Of a stretch of 64,000 nucleotides of DNA, positions 40,943 to 50,094 are shown in pieces. Source of the DNA: an uncultured Elusimicrobiaceae bacterium (GTDB taxonomy: Bacteria; Elusimicrobiota; Elusimicrobia; Elusimicrobiales; UBA9959); NCBI GenBank assembly GCA_964415175.1, contig CAYPYG010000003.1, positions 65,586 through 129,585 on the forward strand. Reading direction: 5' to 3'. A program made the translations under genes and the position numbers. Numbering within the stretch: the first letter of the stretch is position 1; each line of letters begins with the position of its first letter. Under the pieces are notes generated by a model. It ran no database searches. It saw nothing but the letters and a program-made list of their open reading frames with translations, and had not been told where the DNA came from.

Positions 40943-42315
40943 AGTCCGTCCTCCCGCCGCCCACGCTGGAACTTTATTTCACCAACCGGTGCAACCTGGA
41001 CTGCGCGTATTGTTCCAGCCGCGCCGTCAAAGCGGGCGGGACCAGGACGATGAGCCTGGAGGAGATAGTCCGCGGAACGGACCTGGCCCTGGACTATGTC
41101 CGCCGGGCCGGCGGCGGCCCGCTTACCGTGGGACTTACCGGCGGAGAGCCGCTCACGGAATTCCCGCTGCTGCGGCGCGCGGTGGAGACGCTGCGCCGCA
41201 GGCGCGGCCTGAACCTGCACGTCTGCACCAACGGGACCCTGCTGGACCGGGAGAAGGCCGGCTTCCTGCTCGACAGCGGCGTGGAACTGGACATAAGTCT
41301 CGACGGGCCGGCGGCGCTGCACGACCGCAACAGGCGGGCGGGGCCGGGCGGGCCGCGCTCCGTCTTCGCCGCGGTACTGCGGAACCTGGAGCGTCTGCCG
41401 CCCTCCTGGACGGGGCGGATGCGCGCCGTCTCCACCTTCGATTCCCGCACCATCGGCGGCGCCGCCGGCGCGCTGGAATTCCTGCGGGACCTGGGTTTCC
41501 GGCAGGCCGGCTTCGGCATCGACATATACGAGAACTGGTCCCGGCGGGACCTCGTACGGCTGGCCGGGACGCTCGCCCTGTTCCGGCGCCGGTATACCGG
41601 CGCCTGGCTCTCGGCGCTGCGGTCCCGGCGGCCCGACCCGCCCCCCTTCCCGTTCGAGGACGGCCTGGTCGGAAGCCTGCGGCCGGAGGACTCCCGCGAG
41701 CTCTCGCTTTCGGTGGACGGCTATTTCTTCCCCTCGGACACGGTCCGCCGCGGTCCCGGCCGGCCGGGCTGGACGGTGGGCGACCTGCGGACGGGTATCG
41801 ACGCCTCCCTGCTGTCGAAAGCCCGGGCCAGGGTCTCGCGCGCCGCGTCCGGTCTCGGTTTCTCCAACTGGATAATACCTCCCGCCGACCGCTACTGGCA
41901 CGCGGTGTTCCGCGGCGCCGACCCCGTCCCTTCGCTGGCCAACGCGGCGGAGGTCTCGGCCGTGTTCGGACGGGAACTGGGCGGCCTGCTGGAGGCCCGG
42001 CGGGCGCTGGACGCGCTGGCGGTCGAGCCCGGTTTCGGGGACCTCGTCCACCGTCCCAGGCACGCCGCCCCGCGCGGCGTGGGCTCTTTCGCCTCCGCCG
42101 CGGGACGGCTGGCGGCGGCCAGGAGGGGAGTGGACTATTTCCTGCATTCCCCGGCGCGCGGCGGCCGGCTGACCCTGGAAGGCGCGGACGGGGAACGCTC
42201 CCGGCGCCTGGCGTTCTACGCGCTGCTGAAGGCGGCGCGGCTGGGGGGCTCGCTGAAGATCGCGCTCCGCCGGCAGGGCCCCGGCGGCCCCCGTTATGGT
42301 AAAATTGGAAGATAA
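40939..42315 (+). CDS. Radical SAM paralog P10
   Basis: TLELYFTNRCNLDCAYCSS; TGGEPLTEF; SLDGPAALHDRNRRA; GFGDLVHRPRH; FLHSPARGGRL; LKAARLGGSLKI. ATGA overlap at 40939-40942. The track ORF 38833-42315 is a composite. Confidence 0.85.
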   Translation: MKSVLPPPTLELYFTNRCNLDCAYCSSRAVKAGGTRTMSLEEIVRGTDLALDYVRRAGGGPLTVGLTGGEPLTEFPLLRRAVETLRRRRGLNLHVCTNGTLLDREKAGFLLDSGVELDISLDGPAALHDRNRRAGPGGPRSVFAAVLRNLERLPPSWTGRMRAVSTFDSRTIGGAAGALEFLRDLGFRQAGFGIDIYENWSRRDLVRLAGTLALFRRRYTGAWLSALRSRRPDPPPFPFEDGLVGSLRPEDSRELSLSVDGYFFPSDTVRRGPGRPGWTVGDLRTGIDASLLSKARARVSRAASGLGFSNWIIPPADRYWHAVFRGADPVPSLANAAEVSAVFGRELGGLLEARRALDALAVEPGFGDLVHRPRHAAPRGVGSFASAAGRLAAARRGVDYFLHSPARGGRLTLEGADGERSRRLAFYALLKAARLGGSLKIALRRQGPGGPRYGKIGR

Positions 42316-42352
42316 ATACTCGGAGGCGGGGCGACCGCCACGGAGGCGGACA

Positions 42353-43135
42353 ATGAAAGGTTTCGATCAGGACGAGATAAGGTTCATCAAGGAACACGGT
42401 ATTTTCCTCGGCTTGCGCGACACGGGCGGCGGGAAGCCTTCGCCCGACCTGGCCGGCTATGACAGGCTCTACGGCATAATCGGGCTCGACCGCCGCAACG
42501 CTTCGAGGGCCGCGGCCCTGGCCGGGACCGCGCTGAAGAACGGGTACACGCGGCTGCGTTTCGAACTCTGCGGCAAGGGCCGCTGGACCGCCAGGGAGCT
42601 CGACGGCCTGCGCGCCGGCCTGGCCGGGCTGGGCCAGCTGCTGCTCAAAAGCGTCATCGCGAAAAAACCTTTCATCCTCCTGAACCTGGAGGACCTGCTG
42701 GACCCCGAAGAGGGCTGCCGCATCTTCTCCGATATGCTGATGGCCGACGCTAAAGGGAACTACGTGCTGGTGCCCCCGCAGTGGCGCTACGACGGCCGCG
42801 GGGTCAAGGTCGGCCACGCCGACACCGGCATAAAGGAGTACCAGGGCTGCGTCCACGACGCCAAGTCGGCCCGCTGCGTCGAATGCGAGAAGAAGAATTT
42901 CGCGCTGCTGGCCAAGATCTACGACGGCAACGCCACCGCCGGTTTCCGCGCCGGCATAGGGAAGATCTTCGAGAGCGTCCGCTACCTGGCCGGCGCCAAG
43001 CCCGCCTTCAAGGCCTACCTGGCCGCCCTCCGGGAGGACAGGGACCTGGAGTCGGGCCTGTTCATAAACGAGGCCGGCAAGAAGGCGGAGAAGACGAAGA
43101 GGGCGAAAACGGCGGCCAGGGCGAAGACGCGTTAA
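42353..43135 (+). CDS. Free-standing Cys4 module protein (cluster-motif-less relative of the paralog C-terminal half)
   Basis: Start at ATG 42353 (MKGFDQDEIRF), preceded by GGAGGCGG. EGCRIF...YVLVPPQWRYDGRGVKVG...GCVHDAKSARCVEC...PAFKAYLAAL is collinear with the C-terminal extension of P6. It has a Lys-rich tail. Confidence 0.7.
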   Translation: MKGFDQDEIRFIKEHGIFLGLRDTGGGKPSPDLAGYDRLYGIIGLDRRNASRAAALAGTALKNGYTRLRFELCGKGRWTARELDGLRAGLAGLGQLLLKSVIAKKPFILLNLEDLLDPEEGCRIFSDMLMADAKGNYVLVPPQWRYDGRGVKVGHADTGIKEYQGCVHDAKSARCVECEKKNFALLAKIYDGNATAGFRAGIGKIFESVRYLAGAKPAFKAYLAALREDRDLESGLFINEAGKKAEKTKRAKTAARAKTR

Positions 43136-43187
43136 CGGTCCGCCCGCCGCCGGCTTCCCGCTCCCGTTCCCAGCGGTCCGCCACATT

Positions 43188-44546
43188 ATGTCCGTTTTCC
43201 GACCCACGAGGCTGGAGATCTTCCTCACCAACAAGTGCAACCTCAGGTGCACCTACTGCTCCTCCAGGCATCTCCTGGCCGGCGCGGCCAGGACGCTGTC
43301 CGCCCCCGCGCTTAAAAGAGCCGTCTCCGTCTTCGCCGCCTACGGCCCGGGGCCCGGCGGCCCGCGCACCATCTGCTTCACCGGCGGCGAGCCGCTGCTG
43401 GAGTTCCCCCTGCTGAAGGAGGCCGTGCTCCACATCCGCTCTCTGCGCGAGCGCTTCGATATCACCGTCAACACCAACGCCACCCTGCTCGACCGGAGCA
43501 AGGCCGCCTTCCTGGCCCGCAGCGGCGTCTACCTGGCCGTCAGCCTGGACGGGGGGAAGGAAGTCCACGACGCCCACCGCGTCTTCGCGGGAGGGGGGAA
43601 GGCCTCGGTCTACGACGCGCTGCTGCGCAACCTGCGCGCGCTGCCGCCGGATTCCCTGTCCGGCGTGCGGGCCTCCGTGACCGTCACCTCGCGCACGATG
43701 CCGTCGCTGCCGGACACCATAGAGACCCTGCAGGACATGGGTTTCCGTTTCGTCGAACTGGGGCTGGACGCCTACGAGCGCTGGACGCCGGCCGGGCTCC
43801 GCGCCCTGGGGCGGACGCTGGACGCCCTGCGGGGCCGCTACGCCGCCGCGCTGGCCTCGGGCGACCCCGCCAGGATCGCCCGCGTCTTTTCCTTCTCTCT
43901 CGAGAACAAGCGGCAGAAGGCCGGCTTCTACACCCCGCTGGGGGATGTTTCGCTTTCGCCGGAGGGGATCTTCTACCCGTCGGATACGCTGGCCACGGCC
44001 GCCGAGGGCGGCGCGGATTTCGCCGTGGGGGACCTGGAGAAGGGGATAGACGAGTCGAAGCTGCGCGCCGTCTACCGCCGGGCGGCCGCGATCATACCGC
44101 CCGGCGCGCGCGCGGAAGGAGCCTTCTCCCCCGTGGACAGGTGCCTCTACTGCCTCGTCCACGGCCTGGACCCGCGCGCCCTGCTCGCCGACGCCGCGGC
44201 CGCCAACCGCCTTTTCTCGGAGAAGATAGGCGGCCTGCTGGAAGTGCAGCGGGTCTGGCGCGAGCTGGCCAGGGACAGGGAGTTCGGCGACCTCGCCCAC
44301 GCGCCGAGGCAGGCCGCCTCCAAACCCGTGCGGCGGCTGGCCGTCGCGGCCGGAGGACTTTCGCCGGCCGCCCTGCGCGCCGCCGCCGACTTCGCCCTTT
44401 ATTCGCCCTCCCCGTCGGTGCGGCTGCGGCTGGCCGCCGGCCGCGGCGGCGGGCCCGCCCTGGGGACGGCGGCGGTCTACTCCTCGCTCAAGGCCAGGCT
44501 GCTGGGCAAAAAGCTGCGCCTGGCGGCGGAGGCGGACCTCTTATGA
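43188..44546 (+). CDS. Radical SAM paralog P11
   Basis: RLEIFLTNKCNLRCTYCSS; TGGEPLLEF; SLDGGKEVHDAHRVF; EFGDLAHAPRQ; LKARLLGKKLRL. Confidence 0.85.
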   Translation: MSVFRPTRLEIFLTNKCNLRCTYCSSRHLLAGAARTLSAPALKRAVSVFAAYGPGPGGPRTICFTGGEPLLEFPLLKEAVLHIRSLRERFDITVNTNATLLDRSKAAFLARSGVYLAVSLDGGKEVHDAHRVFAGGGKASVYDALLRNLRALPPDSLSGVRASVTVTSRTMPSLPDTIETLQDMGFRFVELGLDAYERWTPAGLRALGRTLDALRGRYAAALASGDPARIARVFSFSLENKRQKAGFYTPLGDVSLSPEGIFYPSDTLATAAEGGADFAVGDLEKGIDESKLRAVYRRAAAIIPPGARAEGAFSPVDRCLYCLVHGLDPRALLADAAAANRLFSEKIGGLLEVQRVWRELARDREFGDLAHAPRQAASKPVRRLAVAAGGLSPAALRAAADFALYSPSPSVRLRLAAGRGGGPALGTAAVYSSLKARLLGKKLRLAAEADLL

Positions 44547-45865
44547 GCGCGGGACTTTTCTCGAGGCGGCTGGACATCTTCGTCACCAACAGGTGCAACC
44601 TGGACTGCGACTACTGTTCCTCCAGGGGGATGCTCGGCCCCTCCGCCGCCCGCTCCCTGTCCGCCGCGGAACTGCGCCGGGCCGTGGACCTTTTCGCGGC
44701 TTGCGGGCCGGGGGGCGGGGAGCCGCGCACCATCGCTTTCAGCGGCGGGGAGCCTTTCCTCGAGTTCGACGCGGTCGCCGCCGCGGCGCGCTATATCCGT
44801 TCCCGCCGGGAGAAGTTCCTCGTCAGCGTGACCACCAACGGCACGCTGCTGACCCGCGACAGGGCCCTGCGCCTGCTGGACGAAGGGGTCTGCCTGGTGC
44901 TGAGCGTGGACGGCGGCCGCGCCGCCACCGACCGCCACCGCCGGTTCCGCTCCGGCGGCGCTTCCGTCTTCGGCGCCGTGAAGAGGAACCTCGGGCGGCT
45001 GCCGGCCAGCGCGCTGAACCGGCTGCACGTGACGCTGACGCTCACCTCCCGCACGATAGCGTCCGTGGCGGAGAGCGCGCGCCTGCTGGAGGAGATGGGC
45101 TTCGCTTCCGTCGAGATAGGCCTGGACGTCTACGAGACCTGGACCCCGGAGAAGCTGGCCCTGCTCGGCCGGGCCCTGGCGTCCTTCCGGGACCGCGCGC
45201 TGCGCTCCGCCGACGCCGGCGTCCTGCGGCGCGGCGGCGGACTGGTCTTCCGCTCCTTCTTCCAGGACTACGACGCCGGCGAGAAAGTGCTGCCTTTCGA
45301 TACGCTCTGCCTTTCCCCCGAAGGCGTCTTCTTCCCCTGCGACGCGCTCTGCGCCGCCTGGCCGCGGCAGGACCGCTACTCGGTCGGCGACCTGCGCCGC
45401 GGAGTGGACCTGCGCCGCCTCCGGCGGATATACGCCGGCGCCCTGTCCTTCATCCGCCGCCGCGGCCGGGCCGACGGCGTGCTCTCGCCCGTCGACAGGT
45501 ACTTCTTCGCCCTGGCCAGGGGGACCGACCCGGCCGCGCTGCTGCGCAACGGGGCCGAGGTGGACCGGATCTTCGACAGGGAACTGGGAGGCCTGGCCGG
45601 GGTGGAGAAATGCGCCGCCTCGGCGCGCTTCGCCCCGGCCGCGCCCGCGCCCTTCCGCTCGGCCCGGGCGGCCCTTCCCGGCGGGCCGGCGGCCTGCGGC
45701 GCCGTCCGCTCGCTTCTCTCCGGCGCCGGCGACAAAACCCTTTCGCTGCGGTTGCCCGGCGGCAGCGGCCGGCCGGCGGCCTCCGGCCCGCTCGCGCTCT
45801 ATTCGCTGCTGGCCGCCCGCGGCCGCCGCGGCAGGTTCGCCCTTTCGCTGGAGGCCGGCGCATGA
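44543..45865 (+). CDS. Radical SAM paralog P12 (C-terminal motifs degenerate)
   Basis: RLDIFVTNRCNLDCDYCSS; SGGEPFLEF; SVDGGRAATDRHRRF. The GFGDF and LYSPG motifs are not recognisable. ATGA overlap at 44543-44546. Confidence 0.8.
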   Translation: MSAGLFSRRLDIFVTNRCNLDCDYCSSRGMLGPSAARSLSAAELRRAVDLFAACGPGGGEPRTIAFSGGEPFLEFDAVAAAARYIRSRREKFLVSVTTNGTLLTRDRALRLLDEGVCLVLSVDGGRAATDRHRRFRSGGASVFGAVKRNLGRLPASALNRLHVTLTLTSRTIASVAESARLLEEMGFASVEIGLDVYETWTPEKLALLGRALASFRDRALRSADAGVLRRGGGLVFRSFFQDYDAGEKVLPFDTLCLSPEGVFFPCDALCAAWPRQDRYSVGDLRRGVDLRRLRRIYAGALSFIRRRGRADGVLSPVDRYFFALARGTDPAALLRNGAEVDRIFDRELGGLAGVEKCAASARFAPAAPAPFRSARAALPGGPAACGAVRSLLSGAGDKTLSLRLPGGSGRPAASGPLALYSLLAARGRRGRFALSLEAGA

Positions 45866-47283
45866 ACCGCTCCTCCGCCCTCCGCGCGCTTCAGCTGCTG
45901 CCGGCCAGCCTTGAGATCTACCTGACCTCCGCCTGCAATATGCGCTGCGGCTATTGCTCCAGTTCCGCCATCGTGAACGGCCCGGCCCGGCGCCTGACGG
46001 CGGGGCAGGTGAAGCGCGGCATAGATATTTTCGCCGCCCTCTGTTCGCCCCGGACCGCGGCGGCCGCCGGCGGGGACCCCAAGTTCCGGGTCGTCGGCCT
46101 GACCGGCGGGGAGCCGCTGCTCGAGTTCGGCGCCGTCGCAGCCGCCGTCGAGCACGTGCGCAAGAACCACAAGCGGCTCTCGGTGACGGTCTCGACCAAC
46201 GGCCTGCTGCTGGACCGGGAGAAGGCGCGGTTCCTGCTGGACCGGGACGTGGACCTCACGGTCAGCCTGGACGGGCCGCGCCGGGCCACGGATTCCCAGC
46301 GGCGCTTCGCGGCCGGCGGGGGCTCCGTATCCGCCGCGGTGCTGCGCCGCCTCGCGCGGCTGCCCGCCTCCTATCTCCGCCGCATGCGCGTGATGGCCAC
46401 CTTCACCCCGGATACCGCGCCGGACATCGCCGGCAGCGTGCGCTTCCTGCGGAGGCTCGGTTTCGCCGCCGTGGAGGCCGACCTCGACATGTACGCCGAC
46501 TGGACCGCCCGCGACCTGGCCCGCCTGCGCGCCGGCCTGGCCCGCCTGCGCGGCCTCTACATGCGGGGTTTCCGCGACGGGGACTGGACCTCCGACTGGG
46601 GGGATATCTTCGGCGGCGCGCTGCAGAACAAAGTGCGCGGCGCCGGCCCCTACGAGGCCTTCCACGAATTCTCCCTCTCCTGCGACGGCTGGTTCTACCC
46701 GGCCGACGTGCCCGCCCTGTTCGGGCCCGGGCCGGGTCCCGGCGCTTTCGCCGTGGGCGGCCTGGAAAAAGGCGTCGACCTCCGGCGGCTTAAAGGATAT
46801 TTCGACGGGGCCGCCGCCTTCCTGGGGCGCCGCTCCGGTACCGGCGAGGCGGTGCCGCCCGCCTGCCGCTATTTCAACGCCCTGGCCAGGGGGCTCGACC
46901 CCGCCGCCGCGATGGCGGGTTTCGGCCGCCTCTGCGCCGCGTTCGACGAAGAGCTCGGCGGCCTGCTGCGCCTGGAGCGCGTCTTCCGCCGGCTGGCCCG
47001 CGCCCGCGATTTCGGGGACTTCTCCCATCGGCCGAGAACCCTGCCCCGCCACCGGGCGGCTTCGCTCGCCGTGCATCCGTCCGCAGGACTCGGCGCGGCG
47101 CGCCGCGCCGCCGACGGGGCGCTCTATGCCCCCGGCCGCCGCAAGGTCCTGCGCTTCGCCGATCCGGGACCGGCCGGGCGCGGCGACGCGCTGGGGCTGG
47201 CCCTCTATTCCGCCCTCAAGGGCGCCTGGCTGGGCGGGAAGCCGCGCGTCGCCCTGGAATCCGGCGGCGGGAGGTCCTCGTGA
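45862..47283 (+). CDS. Radical SAM paralog P13
   Basis: SLEIYLTSACNMRCGYCSS; TGGEPLLEF; SLDGPRRATDSQRRF; DFGDFSHRPRT; ALYAPGRRKVL; LKGAWLGGKPRV. ATGA overlap at 45862-45865. Confidence 0.85.
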   Translation: MNRSSALRALQLLPASLEIYLTSACNMRCGYCSSSAIVNGPARRLTAGQVKRGIDIFAALCSPRTAAAAGGDPKFRVVGLTGGEPLLEFGAVAAAVEHVRKNHKRLSVTVSTNGLLLDREKARFLLDRDVDLTVSLDGPRRATDSQRRFAAGGGSVSAAVLRRLARLPASYLRRMRVMATFTPDTAPDIAGSVRFLRRLGFAAVEADLDMYADWTARDLARLRAGLARLRGLYMRGFRDGDWTSDWGDIFGGALQNKVRGAGPYEAFHEFSLSCDGWFYPADVPALFGPGPGPGAFAVGGLEKGVDLRRLKGYFDGAAAFLGRRSGTGEAVPPACRYFNALARGLDPAAAMAGFGRLCAAFDEELGGLLRLERVFRRLARARDFGDFSHRPRTLPRHRAASLAVHPSAGLGAARRAADGALYAPGRRKVLRFADPGPAGRGDALGLALYSALKGAWLGGKPRVALESGGGRSS

Positions 47284-48689
47284 GCCGCGCTGTCCCTCTC
47301 CCGGCCGCGCGCCGGCTGCGCGCCGTCCCCTCTTCCCTGGACATATACATGACGGACGCCTGCAATATGCGCTGCGGCTACTGCGCCAGCGCCAGGTTCA
47401 TAGAGGGCGGCGGGGCCAGGACGCTGCCGCCGCGGCTCCTGCTGAGGGGAGTGGACGCCTTCGCGGCGCTGGTCGCCCCCCGCCGCGGCGCGGCCGATCC
47501 TGCCGCGGTGAGGGAGATCTCCTTCACCGGCGGCGAGCCGCTGCTCCGCTGGGACCTGCTGAGGGATTCGGTCCGGGCGATAAAGCGCGAATACCCCTGG
47601 CTCAAGCAGACCGTCTTCACCAACGGCACTCTGCTCACGCCGGAAAAGGCGGACACGCTGCTGCGCGCGGGCGTCAGGATAGTGGTGAGCCTCGACGGCG
47701 GCCGCGCCGTCAACGACCGGCACCGCCGGCTGGCCGACGGCCGCCCCGGCTTCGCGGCCGTGGCCGCGAACCTGCGCCGCCTCGGCGCCGCCCGCCGCGC
47801 GGAGCTGCACCTGATGGCCACCTTTACCTCCGCTACCGCCGGGAAACTGGTCGATACCGTGCGGCTGTTCAGGACCTTCGGCTGCCGCGACATACATCTC
47901 GGCCTGGACCTTTACGAGGACTGGTCCCCCGCGGCCCTGGCCCGCCTGCGGGCCGCCCTGGCGGAACTGCGCGGCTACTGCCTGCGCGGCGGCGCCGCCG
48001 TCCGGGGGCCGGGCGGGGACTGGGATTTCAACTTCTATTTCAAGGACCGCGTGTCCGCCTGCCTCGACCTGACGCCGTCGAACTCCTTCACCCTCTCGCC
48101 CGACGGCTTCTTCTATCCCTGCGACGAGCTCTGCATCTCGGCCGCGGACCCGGCGAAGTACGCCGTCGGGTCGGCGGAGAGCGGCCTGGACCTGCGCCGG
48201 CTGGAACGGGTCTACTCCGCCGTGGAGCGGCGCGTGAGGGGGCTGGACCTGGTCAACGGCGTGCTTTCGCCCATAGACAGGTATTTCCGCGCGGTACTGG
48301 ACGGGCGCGACCCGTCCGCCTCCCTGCGGGCCGGCGGGCGGGTGACGCGCGTCTTCCTGGAGGAGCTCGGCGGGCTGGTGGAAGTGGAGCGGCTTTTCAA
48401 ACTGCTGGTGCGCGCGCCCGGTTTCGGCGATCTCATGCACCGGCCCCGCCACGCCCTGCGCGCCGGGGCCCGCCGCGCGCGGCTGTCCGCGCCGGCTTCG
48501 CCCGCCGCGCTGGCGGCTTCGCGGGCCGCCGCGGACCTGCTGCTTTACTCCCCGGGGAAGCGCAAGGAACTGGTCCTGCGGAGCGAAGGGGCTTTCGGCG
48601 AGGCGGCCCGCGGCCTCGCCCTCTACGCGGCGCTCAAGGGCGCGCGGCTCGGCGGGCGGACCCGGGTGGGCCTGGAGGCGGGCCGGTGA
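47280..48689 (+). CDS. Radical SAM paralog P14
   Basis: SLDIYMTDACNMRCGYCAS; TGGEPLLRW; SLDGGRAVNDRHRRL; GFGDLMHRPRH; LLYSPGKRKEL; LKGARLGGRTRV. GTGA overlap at 47280-47283. Confidence 0.85.
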   Translation: MSRAVPLPAARRLRAVPSSLDIYMTDACNMRCGYCASARFIEGGGARTLPPRLLLRGVDAFAALVAPRRGAADPAAVREISFTGGEPLLRWDLLRDSVRAIKREYPWLKQTVFTNGTLLTPEKADTLLRAGVRIVVSLDGGRAVNDRHRRLADGRPGFAAVAANLRRLGAARRAELHLMATFTSATAGKLVDTVRLFRTFGCRDIHLGLDLYEDWSPAALARLRAALAELRGYCLRGGAAVRGPGGDWDFNFYFKDRVSACLDLTPSNSFTLSPDGFFYPCDELCISAADPAKYAVGSAESGLDLRRLERVYSAVERRVRGLDLVNGVLSPIDRYFRAVLDGRDPSASLRAGGRVTRVFLEELGGLVEVERLFKLLVRAPGFGDLMHRPRHALRAGARRARLSAPASPAALAASRAAADLLLYSPGKRKELVLRSEGAFGEAARGLALYAALKGARLGGRTRVGLEAGR

Positions 48690-50077
48690 AAAAGAACCCC
48701 GCCCTTCCGCTCTATCCGCGGGCCGAATTCCCCCGGGAGCTGGACGTCTGCCTGACCGACGCCTGCAACCTCGACTGCCGCTACTGCTATTTCACCGCCA
48801 AGGCCAGGACCGCGCCGTCCTCCCTCTCGCCGGCGCAGGTTGAGCGGGCGCTGGACCTTTACCTCGAGCGCCTGCCGGCCCGGCGCGTGCAGAAGTTCAG
48901 CTTTTCCGGCGGCGAGCCGCTGCTGCGCTGGGACTCGCTCATAAGCGGCGTGGCCTCCGCCCGCCGCCGGCTGGGCCCGCGGCCCAATATCGAAGTTTTC
49001 ACCAACGGCACCCTGCTCGACCGGCGTAAGGCGGAGGCCCTGCTGGCGCACGACCCCGAGCTGGTCATAAGCCTGGACGGGCCGCGCGCGGTCTGCGACG
49101 CGGGCCGCCGCTTCTACGGCCGCGGCGGCTCGGTATTCGACGCCGTCGACCGCAATCTCCGCGCGCTCGGGCGGGGACTGGTCTCGCGCTGCTTCGCCGG
49201 CTCCACTTTCAGCGCCGCGACGGTCTCCAGGATGCGCGAGAGCGTGGAGTACCTGCTGGAGCGCGGCTTTAAATGCGTGATAGTGGACCTGGACGTCCTG
49301 GCGCGCTGGGACCGGCGCGCGCTGGACGTCCTGCGCCGGCAGGCGGAGGGCCTCAAGAAACTTTACTCCTCTTCCATGAACCTGGGTTTCGGCGAGGTGC
49401 AGCAGCGGCTGCGCTTCGACTTCCTGATCTCGCGGGAGGAGCTGCGGCAGGTGGCGCGCCCCGCGGGGCTCAGGGAACTTTCCCTGGCGCCCGACGGGAA
49501 GTTCTACCCCAGCGGGCTGGTCTCCGGGCGCGGCGCGGAGAAGGCGCGCTACGCCGTCGGCAGCCTCGCGGAAGGTTTCGACACGGACAGGATGAACGCC
49601 GTGCTGGGCGAGCTGCGCGGCTATTTCGGCCGGCACGCCAGGAGCGGCTACAACGGCTGCCCCACCCACGTCTATTTCGCCTGCCGCCTGGAGGGGCGCT
49701 CCGCGGAGGAGGTCTTCGATTCGGGCGAACGCCTGTTCGGGGCGCTGGACCCGGTAGTGGGCCCCGTCATAGATTTCGAGCTGCTGCAGAACTCCCTGGC
49801 CTCGGCGAAGGACCTCGGGGATTTCGATCACCCGCCGCGGCTGGCGCCCGCCGCGGGCCCGGCGGAGCTGAGGCTCTCCCTTTCTCCCGGGGCGGGCCGG
49901 GCCAGGGACGCCGCGGACGCGGCGCTTTATTCGCCCGGCCCCTGCAAGCGCCTGGAACTGGCGGCCGCGGAGAACGACCCGCCCGACGCGCTGCGCCGCC
50001 TCGCGGCCTATTCCCTGATGAAGGCGCGGCTGCTGGGGAAGAAAGTCAGGCTCGCGGTCGCGGCGGGGGCCGATTAA
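48686..50077 (+). CDS. Radical SAM paralog P15
   Basis: GTG start with GTGA overlap at 48686-48689. ELDVCLTDACNLDCRYCYF; SGGEPLLRW; SLDGPRAVCDAGRRF; DLGDFDHPPRL; ALYSPGPCKRL; MKARLLGKKVRL. Confidence 0.85.
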   Translation: MKKNPALPLYPRAEFPRELDVCLTDACNLDCRYCYFTAKARTAPSSLSPAQVERALDLYLERLPARRVQKFSFSGGEPLLRWDSLISGVASARRRLGPRPNIEVFTNGTLLDRRKAEALLAHDPELVISLDGPRAVCDAGRRFYGRGGSVFDAVDRNLRALGRGLVSRCFAGSTFSAATVSRMRESVEYLLERGFKCVIVDLDVLARWDRRALDVLRRQAEGLKKLYSSSMNLGFGEVQQRLRFDFLISREELRQVARPAGLRELSLAPDGKFYPSGLVSGRGAEKARYAVGSLAEGFDTDRMNAVLGELRGYFGRHARSGYNGCPTHVYFACRLEGRSAEEVFDSGERLFGALDPVVGPVIDFELLQNSLASAKDLGDFDHPPRLAPAAGPAELRLSLSPGAGRARDAADAALYSPGPCKRLELAAAENDPPDALRRLAAYSLMKARLLGKKVRLAVAAGAD

Positions 50078-50094
50078 AGTATCATATTCACGGC

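Noticed and set aside
38833-42315. 1160-aa plus-strand ORF, and other over-long track ORFs (4725-5900, 5552-6925, 11304-12968, 24946-26871, 28665-30692, 35728-37251, 44141-45865, 44593-47283, 47126-50077, 49273-51885, 51810-53351)
   Set aside because: Their 5' portions are out-of-frame read-through of the upstream gene, giving R/G/P-rich nonsense. In each case a start codon at or near the upstream stop yields a protein beginning just before the conserved N-terminal motif, and those starts were used instead.
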